From assembly GCA_050633245.1 (NCBI GenBank), contig JBOEGD010000005.1:1-64000 (forward strand): DNA of 64,000 bases, in the 5' to 3' direction. How positions within the stretch are numbered: the stretch's first letter is position 1; each line of letters opens with the position of its first letter. Origin of the DNA: Calditrichia bacterium (lineage in GTDB: Bacteria > Calditrichota > Calditrichia > RBG-13-44-9 > J075). Below are positions 37,611 to 46,864 of this stretch, piece after piece. The translations under genes were made by a program, and so were the position numbers. Under the pieces are notes generated by a model, which was not told the origin of the DNA, did no database searches, and was given only the letters and a program-made list of their open reading frames with translations.

Positions 37611-40577
37611 TTATTTGCCGATTAGGATGAAAGGAGACCAATAAAATGGTGATGCATACTGTTCATCTTCAATAAGCTTTTGCTTGGCTCGCCGCAGCGA
37701 ATCGGACAATTTCTTCCCTTTGGCAACACGCTCGAAAAAATTAGTCATTAATATTGCTGTAGACTGATCGGAAACCTGCCAGAGTGAGACAGTTAGGTTT
37801 TTTGCCCCCGCATATAAAAATCCGCGGGTTAAGCCAATAATTCCTTCACCACGCACGAGCTTGCCAAGGCCGGTTTCGCACGCACTTAAGACAACCAGTT
37901 CGGCATTTAGATTCAGATTATATACTTCGGAAGAATATAATACAGCATCTTCCTCTGAAGAACTGTCTGCAGCAAGAAGAAGCCCGGAAAGCTGAGGTTG
38001 TTTTTCATTCACAAATCCATGTGTCGCAAAGTGAAGATAACGATATGATGATATATCTGCCGCTTTTATTTTATCCTCATTTGCCTGTTTGTTAAGCAGT
38101 AAGGTACTGCGTTTCTTTTTACGTTTAAAGATATTAGCAACTGCCGATGTTTCTTCTCTTGTCGCAGGTAGTGGTATTACCTTGCCATCACCGCGAAATA
38201 CTGCTGATGAATCCAGTGAGCGAACAGCTGCCAGAAAGTTGTTTTTGGATTGGAGTGTATCCGATTCATCCTCAAAGCCGGGTGCGAAGGCTAAATATCC
38301 AGAGGTCTTTTCTTGTCGACGCTGTTGGGTTTCTATCATCAGTCTCGCAGAGTAGCCATAGCCAATTGTTACCTCATGAATCAGATAGTCCAACGAAGTA
38401 AATTCTGCGTTCCGTTTGGCCGGTTGTGTTAGCAGTGCTTCAAATGGTAAATAGCCAAGAATGCCATCCGGAATAATTTGAAGGTGCTTTTTCTTTTTGA
38501 GGAGCGGCTGAAGAGGTTTGAGCAAGGTGGTGTAAAGCCGATTAGCGTAGCGGGCATATAAATTAATATCGTCGCGCACTAATCCGGAACGCATGAGTTT
38601 AACCTGTTTATCCAGATCTGCCGGCTTTTTAAGCTGAAATGCTTCGACGTTTTTGCGAGTAATTACAAAGGCGTAAATTGTACTGTCGCCAAGCATATAT
38701 TCAATCAGTGCGTCTTTTTTCCCGACCAGGTGTTTTCTTACATCGGAAACTTTCACATCGTTTGTCTGATATTTTAAATTATAGTACTGCGGATATTCTT
38801 TCTCCAGCCTGGCGGTCAATTTATCCAAGTCCAGCTTCAGCTTAAAGAGGCGGTCTTTCCATCCCGGTAATCGCAGCGAATCTACTTTGGCGCCTTTTTC
38901 CTGAGACTGCAAGACCCGTTGATTGAGTGCAGCCAGTTCGAAACGAATGGTTCGTTCTTTTTCAAGTAAAGTGTCTGGAATATTGGCAAAGCGCTTTGCT
39001 TCTACATCACTCAGTGCTTCAAGAAGTGTCCCCGACTTATTCTTTTCTGCGAACAGAAAGGCCTTTTCAGTAAAAGAATCGTCATTCGTAACCTGCGCTA
39101 ATTCAAGGGCCGTTTGTAATGCGCCATCGAAGGTCGTAGCAGATTGTTTTCCCAAAAACAGTTTAGAACCTTCTGCCTTAAAACCACTTCGCAGCGATTC
39201 TACAAAACCTCCTATGCGCTCATAGGTTGCGAGTGAAAGACGAAGATCCGGTAGATTCTGTGTCTCTTTATAACGCTTTCGAAGAAGAGTGGCCTTTTGT
39301 GTCATGTTTTCCAGCACCTTTTGTTCAGAAATAGTTTCTTCTTCGCCGGGGTTTTTTGCCAAATCCATATCGTCAAAGGAATAGGACAACGCACCAAGTG
39401 CTTTTTGATACTCTACCAGGGCTTCATCGAGTTTTCCCTGATGTTCGTACATCTCCCCGTATTTTTCAAACCCTTCAGCAATAAGCTCATGAACCGATCC
39501 ATAAAGCTCATCACGCATGCTTTTTGCCAGTTCAAAGTAGTGTGTCGCACTATCATAATCTGATTGGTGATAGGCAATAGCACCTAAACTAAGTTGAGCA
39601 TAAGAGACATATGGATGGTCTTCTCCGTAGGTGTCACTGTACCGTTTAAGAGCTTCGGTAAAATAAACTTTTGCAGTATCGTATTTAGCCATATCGTAAT
39701 AGACAATGCCAAGATTATAGTGCCCTGATGATCCGCTCGCCGAATTACCATAGACATCCAATGCAATTTTGAAATGGGAAATTGCTTTTTTGAACTCGCC
39801 CATTTCGCGATAGGTATTAGCAAAATTATTGTTGATGTAACCGACGTAGGGGTGTTTGTCGCCAAAATTTATCTTAATAAGCTCAAGCGTCTTTCCGTAA
39901 TAGTCCAGGGCGCGGTTGTAGTCACCACGATTATAGCTGACAATACCCAGGTTGTTATAGCTGGCCATGATATGCGGATGGGTTTCCGGTAGTGCATTTA
40001 TTCTGATCTCTAACGCTTTCTCGAAATAGACCAGCGCATTCGTAAAGTCATCCATATCGCCATAGCTTACCCCGATATTGTTCATTACCGCCGCTACATC
40101 AACGTGATTCTCTCCATAGGCTTTGCGCCGGATTGCCAGAGCTTTGTTTAAATACTCAAAGGATGTGGCGTAATCAGCCCAGTCTTGATAGAGAGAACCG
40201 ATGTTATTATACGCTGTCCCCAGCTGAATATGATCTTCTCCCAGAAGAGGAATAGCTTCTTCTATTGATTCCAGCAATACCTGCTCGGAAGAATCCAGTT
40301 TCTGCACCATTTGCAAATTCCCGCCGACAAAAATTTTGCATTGCATATAGGGCGACCATGCTTCAGTAAGGCCTTTTTCTGCAGCCTGTTTAAAAAGATC
40401 TCGAGCTTCGAAATAGAGCATGTTAGAGCTATCCATTTTTGATGCGCTTGCTAAAGCTTTGGCCTGTTTAAATAACGACCATGCTTTTGCTGTATCAGCG
40501 GCAGCTTCGTCCGCCTGGCAAATTGTCGAAGAGAACAAAACGGCAGATAACAAGAGAAGCAATGTCGATCGAATCAT
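37611..40577 (-). CDS. Exported TPR-repeat CHAT (caspase-like) protease
   Basis: Signal peptide; NN.G..Y...G.Y..AL.Y..KAL.I...G..HP TPRs; IIPDG.L..LPFEAL, catalytic LHFATHG and LSACETG, SLW.V.D, P.YW.PF. Confidence 0.93.
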   Translation of the reverse strand: MIRSTLLLLLSAVLFSSTICQADEAAADTAKAWSLFKQAKALASASKMDSSNMLYFEARDLFKQAAEKGLTEAWSPYMQCKIFVGGNLQMVQKLDSSEQVLLESIEEAIPLLGEDHIQLGTAYNNIGSLYQDWADYATSFEYLNKALAIRRKAYGENHVDVAAVMNNIGVSYGDMDDFTNALVYFEKALEIRINALPETHPHIMASYNNLGIVSYNRGDYNRALDYYGKTLELIKINFGDKHPYVGYINNNFANTYREMGEFKKAISHFKIALDVYGNSASGSSGHYNLGIVYYDMAKYDTAKVYFTEALKRYSDTYGEDHPYVSYAQLSLGAIAYHQSDYDSATHYFELAKSMRDELYGSVHELIAEGFEKYGEMYEHQGKLDEALVEYQKALGALSYSFDDMDLAKNPGEEETISEQKVLENMTQKATLLRKRYKETQNLPDLRLSLATYERIGGFVESLRSGFKAEGSKLFLGKQSATTFDGALQTALELAQVTNDDSFTEKAFLFAEKNKSGTLLEALSDVEAKRFANIPDTLLEKERTIRFELAALNQRVLQSQEKGAKVDSLRLPGWKDRLFKLKLDLDKLTARLEKEYPQYYNLKYQTNDVKVSDVRKHLVGKKDALIEYMLGDSTIYAFVITRKNVEAFQLKKPADLDKQVKLMRSGLVRDDINLYARYANRLYTTLLKPLQPLLKKKKHLQIIPDGILGYLPFEALLTQPAKRNAEFTSLDYLIHEVTIGYGYSARLMIETQQRRQEKTSGYLAFAPGFEDESDTLQSKNNFLAAVRSLDSSAVFRGDGKVIPLPATREETSAVANIFKRKKKRSTLLLNKQANEDKIKAADISSYRYLHFATHGFVNEKQPQLSGLLLAADSSSEEDAVLYSSEVYNLNLNAELVVLSACETGLGKLVRGEGIIGLTRGFLYAGAKNLTVSLWQVSDQSTAILMTNFFERVAKGKKLSDSLRRAKQKLIEDEQYASPFYWSPFILIGK

Positions 40578-40997
40578 GAGAACACTTCCTTTCTGATAAA
40601 ACGCATAACGGCACCTTTCATGCGGTGAAAAACAAGTTGCCTGATATCAAGATCAAACATTGTACCAAAAAAATAAAACAAACGCGTCAAGAAATAATGG
40701 CGAGGTTTTAGTCTTTGCCATTGTAAATAAACGACTTATAGAAGATGTGTTGCCGGGTTCCAGGTTGAACGGCTCTGCAGTCGGGGCGTACTGCTGAGAG
40801 ATTGTCGCAAAAAACGGACAGTTTGTCTTTTCCATAAGACACTAAAGCGAAATACAGGTATCCTCACACAATAAATTATACGATTTCTGAATCACTTATT
40901 CAAGTCGGTAGGCTCTATATGGTTTCGTTTCAAACCGTACGGCGGGTTATGTGATCCGCGCAACTACAACAGAGACGCTCAGCGACTTTATTTTTAA

Positions 40998-41134
40998 CAG
41001 GTCTTAAGAACAAGTCTGTCCGGCACCGACCTCCCGCACGGACAGCACCGGGGACACGGAGCGTCCCTCATTCAATACGCAGCACAAAAGAGCATTGGGA
41101 CATGAAGGGTCCCCGGTAGTTCTTTTTAGACCTG
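40998..41134. ncRNA. Candidate structured non-coding RNA (three-way junction), family unknown
   Basis: Closing stem CAGGTCT.AAGAAC / GTTCTT..AGACCTG enclosing hairpins CTGTCCG/CGGACAG and ACCGGGGAC/GTCCCCGGT (inner GTCCC/GGGAC). Confidence 0.4.
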
Positions 41135-41236
41135 AAAAACCCGTCCTGTTGCTCCGTAATTATTTCAGATTGTAGCCAGTGATTTTTGGTGCTATTTTTA
41201 GCGCCACAAACGAATCACTTATATCATTGGCAGACT

Positions 41237-42475
41237 ATGAACTCACTTTTGCTCGTTCTTCCCTCTTCAACCTATCGTACAAATGCCTTTATGGAAGCGG
41301 CAGCACGTCTTGACGTGACGGTTCTTGTTGCATCAGACCATCGTCAGGCAATGGCAGCGCTGGTTCCTGATACAACACTTGCGCTAAACTTTCGTAAGCC
41401 GGAACAAATTCGCGAGAAGATTGCGTCCTATTTTGAAAAGAATCCTTTTTTAACTGCCATCGGAGTAGATGATCAATCTGCGCATGTTGCCGCGCAAATT
41501 AATGAGACATTGGGCCTGCCGGGTATCCCAGTTGAAGCGACAGCCGCAGCTCGCAACAAATATCTAATGCGCCAAAAGCTGGCGGCAGCGGATGTGAATG
41601 TTCCAAACTTCGATCTCCATTCTTTGGAAAAACCACAACCAGATAAACCGGTGTACCCCTGCGTGTTAAAACCGACTTTTTTGTCAGCCAGTCGTGGCGT
41701 TACGCGCGCTAATAAACCGGGAGAATTTTCACAAGCCTTTTCAGCGCTAAGGGAATTGATTCGCACGCCGGAAATTTCAGCGCGAGCCCATGATGGCGAA
41801 GCTGCGAGTATTCTGGTGGAAGATTATGTGCCGGGAATGGAGGTGGCGCTGGAAGGAATTCTAACAGACGGCGATTTTAAAAGCCTGGCCATTTTTGATA
41901 AGCCTGACCCGCTGGAAGGCCCGCATTTTGTTGAAACAATCTATGTAACACCATCTCGGCTTCCTGCCTACGTGCAGCGTGAATTGATTCATGAGACACA
42001 TAAGGCAGCGCTTGCACTTGGTATCGACAACGGACCGGTGCACGCCGAGTTGCGAGTAAATGAGCAGGGCGCCTGGATTATTGAAATTGCCGCCAGATCG
42101 ATTGGCGGGCTTTGTTCACGCGTTTTGCGCTTCTCGGAAAAGCTGGTGTTAGAAGATCTGATCTTGCGTCAGGCAATTGGTGTGGATATCTCCGAAGTGC
42201 AGCGAGAGCGGCAGGCAGCAGCGGTGATGATGGTGCCGATTCCTTCTGCCGGACGGTTAAAACGAGTGGGTGGCGTTGACGAGGCGAGTGCCGTTGAAGG
42301 TGTGGAAGACGTGATTATCTCGATCCCCAATGGGCAGGAGGTTTTGCCCATGCCTTTTGGCGGGCGCTATTTAGGATTTATCTTTGCACGCGCGGATATG
42401 CCGGAAGAAGCTGAAGATTCAATACGACGAGCGCATGCCTGCTTGAAGATCGAGATTGACGACGGTACTGCATGA
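41237..42475 (+). CDS. ATP-grasp ligase (L-amino-acid ligase-like)
   Basis: NK..MR..L, YP.VLKP....SRGV, LVE.Y.PG.E...EG, H.E.R......IE.A.R..G; likely ATG 41237. Confidence 0.85.
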   Translation: MNSLLLVLPSSTYRTNAFMEAAARLDVTVLVASDHRQAMAALVPDTTLALNFRKPEQIREKIASYFEKNPFLTAIGVDDQSAHVAAQINETLGLPGIPVEATAAARNKYLMRQKLAAADVNVPNFDLHSLEKPQPDKPVYPCVLKPTFLSASRGVTRANKPGEFSQAFSALRELIRTPEISARAHDGEAASILVEDYVPGMEVALEGILTDGDFKSLAIFDKPDPLEGPHFVETIYVTPSRLPAYVQRELIHETHKAALALGIDNGPVHAELRVNEQGAWIIEIAARSIGGLCSRVLRFSEKLVLEDLILRQAIGVDISEVQRERQAAAVMMVPIPSAGRLKRVGGVDEASAVEGVEDVIISIPNGQEVLPMPFGGRYLGFIFARADMPEEAEDSIRRAHACLKIEIDDGTA

Positions 42476-43608
42476 TGACATCCGGCGATCTGCGTTTGCA
42501 GCTTGGCGTATTCGCACTCTCTTTTGCAGCTTTTGTGAATGTGTATCTCCCGCAACCCGTACTTCCTGTTATGCAGGAAGATTTATACTCCAACACTGTT
42601 TATACATCTCTGATTATCTCTGTACTATTCCTCGGTATTGCCTTTGGTAATATTCCTTTTGGGATGGCTATCGATCGCTTACCGATTCGTCCGATTGTTT
42701 TAGCCGGTGGGTCTGTTGTTGCTGTTACCGGGGCAATTTGCTGGCAATCGTCGGATTTACGAGTGATCATCGCAGCGCGTTTTTTACAGGGATTTTTTCT
42801 TCCGGCCATTACCAGTTGCCTGGCCGCATATCTTTCCCGAACGTTACCGCGTGAGCGTCTTAATCAGGTCCTGGGTGGATATGTTGCCGCGACCGTTGCC
42901 GGCGGCCTTGTTGGCCGCATGATTTCCGGACTTTTGCTACCGGCCGAAGAATGGCGAACGGCCTTCCTGATAGGGGTGACCATAACGATTATTGCACTAG
43001 CTATCTCGTATCACTCTTTTGATAACAAGCCTCTGTCTTCGTTGGAAGTAGCAGTTGTGAGCTTTAGCGAGCTATTGCGTCAAAAGGATGTAAGACTAAT
43101 TTTAATTTCGGCGGGTTTTGGAATGGCGGCGTTTGCTTCTGTGTTTAACTTCCTGCCATATCGTTTACAGTCTCCTCCGTTTACTTTGCCGGTGCGAACA
43201 TCGACGCTGTTCTATTTGCCTTATTTGATTGGCACGGTGGCAGCCTCTTTTGCCGGCTGGATGAGTAACCGGTTTAGCAATGGCATAACCATTCTCGCTG
43301 CAACCGGTTTACTCGTCTGTTCTATGATGTTGATTATGATGCCCAGCCTGACACTTACGGTTGTTGCGTTATTGGGAATGTGTGCAGGTTTCTTTGCATT
43401 GCATTCGGCGATGCTTGCAACCCTGAACAGGAAGTTGAACTCTGGCCATGGCAGGGCAAATGCCCTCTATGTATTATTCTATTATGTTGGCGCGTGGCTG
43501 GGAATAACAGTTGCCGGATTAGTCTACGAATCTGAAGGTTGGAATAGCATGGTTGCTATTTTAACTGCACTGCTGATTGTGCCTCTGTCGTTGGGACTGA
43601 AGAGGTAG
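42472..43608 (+). CDS. MFS transporter (YnfM-like)
   Basis: F..VY.PQP.LP, ARFLQG, Y.A....GG..GR, A..LY..FYY.G; 12 TM; overlaps the ATP-grasp stop. Confidence 0.88.
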   Translation: MMTSGDLRLQLGVFALSFAAFVNVYLPQPVLPVMQEDLYSNTVYTSLIISVLFLGIAFGNIPFGMAIDRLPIRPIVLAGGSVVAVTGAICWQSSDLRVIIAARFLQGFFLPAITSCLAAYLSRTLPRERLNQVLGGYVAATVAGGLVGRMISGLLLPAEEWRTAFLIGVTITIIALAISYHSFDNKPLSSLEVAVVSFSELLRQKDVRLILISAGFGMAAFASVFNFLPYRLQSPPFTLPVRTSTLFYLPYLIGTVAASFAGWMSNRFSNGITILAATGLLVCSMMLIMMPSLTLTVVALLGMCAGFFALHSAMLATLNRKLNSGHGRANALYVLFYYVGAWLGITVAGLVYESEGWNSMVAILTALLIVPLSLGLKR

Positions 43609-44217
43609 ATGTGGCATAAACATTTATTTTACAAAGAAACTATGTCTAACTGTTTTAAAGCTTCTGTTGCGAAATTCTTCTCGGGGGCAAAATAACGTTA
43701 ATTCTATTACTACCATAAAGTCGTTATTGATACTCAAAGGCTGGTCCAGCAAATTCAAACTAAGCGCGGTATTTCAAAACCATCTGGAATATAAAGTCGA
43801 GAGACTGAGTGGCCGTAGCGGCTACATTATTACTCAGGAGAAGTTGTATCGGTTGTTGAGTGATATTGAGAGTGATTGGTTAAAATAAACAAAAACAGCA
43901 GGCTATTTATTTCAATATGGGAAACCTATAAATATTGTTTTAGGTAAGCGGCCACACCATAAAGATGTTGCTTGCCCCCAGTGCGATTAAAACCTCCGCT
44001 ATTGAAGCGGACAAAAGACAAATATAGTATTTTAACCTGCTATAAAAATCTGCTCTCTTCATATTGCTATCCTCCTTCTCGGGCTGTTGACCCGTGTTTA
44101 TTACATTTAGTAGGTGATTTTTTACACATGAAAAAACCACAAAGACGACAGCACCAAAGACAAGCATAAGGGATTCTACACCTTTACAGCTAGCCGCAAG
44201 CCTAAAACAGCACTATT

Positions 44218-44466
44218 TCAATTTTCCTTATCTTTCGGTGGATTTGGATCGTTTCCTGGTTTCACAGTATCCTTACTTCGGATTTTACCATCACGACCTT
44301 TCGTAATACGCTCGCCACCACCTTGACTTTGCAACATTTGGGTCGCAGCCTTTTCAGCTTCTTTCTGAGTATCGTGAACAGAAGAAGCCTTTGTAGCGCC
44401 CAGTTTTTTGTTTGCCCATGTTCCGTCAGGACGACGAAAAATGATGCGATCTCTTTCTTTACTCAT
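44218..44466 (-). CDS. DUF2188-family small protein
   Basis: DG.W..KK.G..KAS..H.TQ.EA...A.......GGE....GRDGKIR..D....GNDP.PP. Confidence 0.8.
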   Translation of the reverse strand: MSKERDRIIFRRPDGTWANKKLGATKASSVHDTQKEAEKAATQMLQSQGGGERITKGRDGKIRSKDTVKPGNDPNPPKDKEN

Positions 44467-44610
44467 TTTTAATTCCCCTAAAGTCTGTTAAGTGGTTCGA
44501 AATTGATACAGCAAAAAACATTCCAAAACAGTACACACGTATATACGTCATTCGCCAGCGCGCCATAACTGTCTATAACAGCCCTTTTGTATATTTTTGA
44601 CACACAATCG

Positions 44611-45993
44611 TTAAGCAGCTCTGCTTAGTCCGGCCAATCCCAGCAACGGAACAACATCCCCCCGGCCGACGTATCGCAACAGTGCTTCGCACGGCTCATC
44701 GTACGGGTCCAGAAATTCTTCATTCTGTGCGAGATTGAAACGCTGTTGGGCGTAATTCGAGTTTGGCTCATCTCGGAACGGGTGTAAGCGGGCTAAAATT
44801 TCGTTAAGCAATTTAGATGCAAAATATGCATTAGCGCTGACAACCGCCAGCTGCTCTTCCTTCACGCCTATAATATAACCGGCCCGGCGCTGCTCTTCAT
44901 ATCCTGCTGGGTCAGACTGCTTTAGTGATTCCGCTCGAACCCCTTCCATGGATACGGCTCCCCGGCTAAGCACGCTTGAACCGCCCGGCTGCAAGTAGTG
45001 AATTGCTCCCCAAACACTCTCAACACCGCCTTTACCGTCCGGATCGATACGAACACCGACATCGAAATAAGGGATTGAATAGTAAGTTGCCAGGCGATTG
45101 AGCGTGTGGCGACCACTATGGGAATCGACACAACCGACCACGATATCGCATTCCGACAACGCTTCTATCGTCCCCGCCTCACCCAGTAAATGCGGAAAAG
45201 TTTTTACATCGGTGCCGAAACCGATTCGGTCAACAGCGTCGGCAGCGACATCGACTTTTAAGCGATTGTCCTGTGCATCCTGAAGAGTCGAATTGATAAT
45301 TCGGTTCAGGTTTCTTTCTTCAACCCGATCCGGATCGACCAGAACCAATCCTCCAACACCCTGGCGTGCTAGCAGCTCTACAACGAAGCTACCGGTTCCA
45401 GAACAGCCGACTACTCCTATCGTCAACTCGGATAGAAGATCACGGGTGCCGCGCGCAAACAGTTGTCCTGTTGTGGGTTTGAAATTAGACGAGACCCGCC
45501 AAATATTGATATCGTCTCCGGCAACGGATATTGAAGCCAGTGGCGTAAAATTACCCGAGACATCTACAACCCGGCCGATCAGACGACCATCAGGCAACAG
45601 AATAACGCTGGCATGGGGATCATCCGTATCCAGCCAACTATATACCGAACCGAAAAAGCTCCGATCCGCTTTGTCGTCGAGAATTGAAAAATCTTCCCAG
45701 CCTCCCGGGTGGCTATGCAGCTTCAAAATTCCACCACCACAGGCCTCTGCTTCTTCCAGCAAGGGAATAAGTAAATCGGTCGGCCATATCAGCAAGTCGT
45801 TTTCCCTGGCCCGGCAGGTATCGTACGGAACGAGCACCAGTTTTCGAATCATAATGCAGGTCTTATTCTTACCGGTTAACCGGCCACATAACGCTATTGC
45901 TGCCGCCTCTTTGCCGTCTTCCGGAAGCAGGTGCTTCATTAAAGCCTCATGCTGCTTACCGCTCATTCGCAAATGTAAGTTGTTCGTTCTCAT
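44611..45993 (-). CDS. Fused JAB/MPN+ deubiquitinase-like peptidase and ThiF/E1-like adenylating enzyme (BubCD-like)
   Basis: N-terminal DGKEAAA...LCG and JAB motif HSHPGG...FS..DD..D; C-terminal VGCSGTGS, D.D.VE..NLNR, GCVDS..GR..LN, D.GV; RBS GGAG before ATG 45993. Confidence 0.85.
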   Translation of the reverse strand: MRTNNLHLRMSGKQHEALMKHLLPEDGKEAAAIALCGRLTGKNKTCIMIRKLVLVPYDTCRARENDLLIWPTDLLIPLLEEAEACGGGILKLHSHPGGWEDFSILDDKADRSFFGSVYSWLDTDDPHASVILLPDGRLIGRVVDVSGNFTPLASISVAGDDINIWRVSSNFKPTTGQLFARGTRDLLSELTIGVVGCSGTGSFVVELLARQGVGGLVLVDPDRVEERNLNRIINSTLQDAQDNRLKVDVAADAVDRIGFGTDVKTFPHLLGEAGTIEALSECDIVVGCVDSHSGRHTLNRLATYYSIPYFDVGVRIDPDGKGGVESVWGAIHYLQPGGSSVLSRGAVSMEGVRAESLKQSDPAGYEEQRRAGYIIGVKEEQLAVVSANAYFASKLLNEILARLHPFRDEPNSNYAQQRFNLAQNEEFLDPYDEPCEALLRYVGRGDVVPLLGLAGLSRAA

Positions 45994-46004
45994 TATTAAG
46001 GCTC

Positions 46005-46697
46005 CTATTTGTTCAATTCCCTTTGAAACCAATCGCTAATCGCCAGCAGGTGCGTTGAAATGTTGTCGATTCCCGGACGCCATGGATTTTGGGGAGTGCG
46101 ATGTCTGGACCAGCGCTGCCAGTTTTTGCCATCAAGGTTATGACCGGCAAGCGCATCAATCGGTTTGCCGTCTTTACGAGCAAGTCCGGGATTAAAATAC
46201 GCCATATCGATCTGGACACCGGGATAACCGGCTTCGATTTTCAAAGCAACATCGACATTGTCGACATTATATCCGGAGCAAACTGGGTAATCACGAATGA
46301 TTACCCAGTTACCGTTATCACGGATGGTCTCCCAGTTTACACCGAGGTTGTCCAGATCAACTATATCTTCTTCGCTCAACTCAAATGTCTTGCGAAGCGT
46401 CTCACCGTCTTTGATTTCCAAAGGAAGGGTGATAAACCGCTCGACTCCCGGTTTGGTAAAATCCACCTTCTCATCGTAACCGACTTCGATCTTCTCACCC
46501 CGAACCCGCTGATACAGACGATAACAATCCGCCGGTTTCTTACCGGCGAGTTCCAGGATTTCGCGACCGGTCATACACTCTACCCGTACGACATACTTCT
46601 CGCGATCGACGCGGATGCGATAACGGCACCCGTGAGGCGGTACTTTTTCTGTTTTTGCATAGCTCTCGATATCGATAATGCGATCTTGCATAGCCAT
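46005..46697 (-). CDS. Fused multi-ubiquitin-family Ubl and prokaryotic E2 family E (BubA-BubB-like)
   Basis: Ubl YRIRVD.......MTGREILELAGK......LYQ...VDF..PGVERF.T.P....DG followed by E2 L...D...L..LG..WET...W.II..YP...GY....V.VAL.I..GYP..QIDM.YF.P.L.R.DG..I....WQRWSRH...NPWRPG.D...TH; AAGGAG RBS before ATG 46697. Confidence 0.85.
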   Translation of the reverse strand: MAMQDRIIDIESYAKTEKVPPHGCRYRIRVDREKYVVRVECMTGREILELAGKKPADCYRLYQRVRGEKIEVGYDEKVDFTKPGVERFITLPLEIKDGETLRKTFELSEEDIVDLDNLGVNWETIRDNGNWVIIRDYPVCSGYNVDNVDVALKIEAGYPGVQIDMAYFNPGLARKDGKPIDALAGHNLDGKNWQRWSRHRTPQNPWRPGIDNISTHLLAISDWFQRELNK

Positions 46698-46864
46698 CTC
46701 CTTTCGTTTATTTTGGCTTTCGCTTATCAATACGATAAATCGTGACATCAAGAAGCATATATGGAATCAATCGGTCAAACCTGTCACGCTTGATCGTATT
46801 AGATATTGAGGGGACTATTAAAACGGGTTTTGACCTTACTTAATTCATAGGATGTTATACTAAA

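Noticed and set aside
37611-40577. CHAT protein as a CRISPR-associated (Craspase/Csx29-type) protease
   Set aside because: It has a signal peptide and there is no Cas7-11 or array nearby
43612-43626. Sigma-54-like TGGCAT after the MFS gene
   Set aside because: The -12 element does not match (TTTA) and no credible gene follows
43667-44169. Short ORFs at the left edge of the island
   Set aside because: No motifs, AT-rich, mutually overlapping; possibly decayed remnants but not supportable
45293-46745. Long plus-strand ORFs (248 aa and 218 aa)
   Set aside because: Antisense shadows of the motif-rich JAB-E1 and Ubl-E2 genes, with no recognisable motifs
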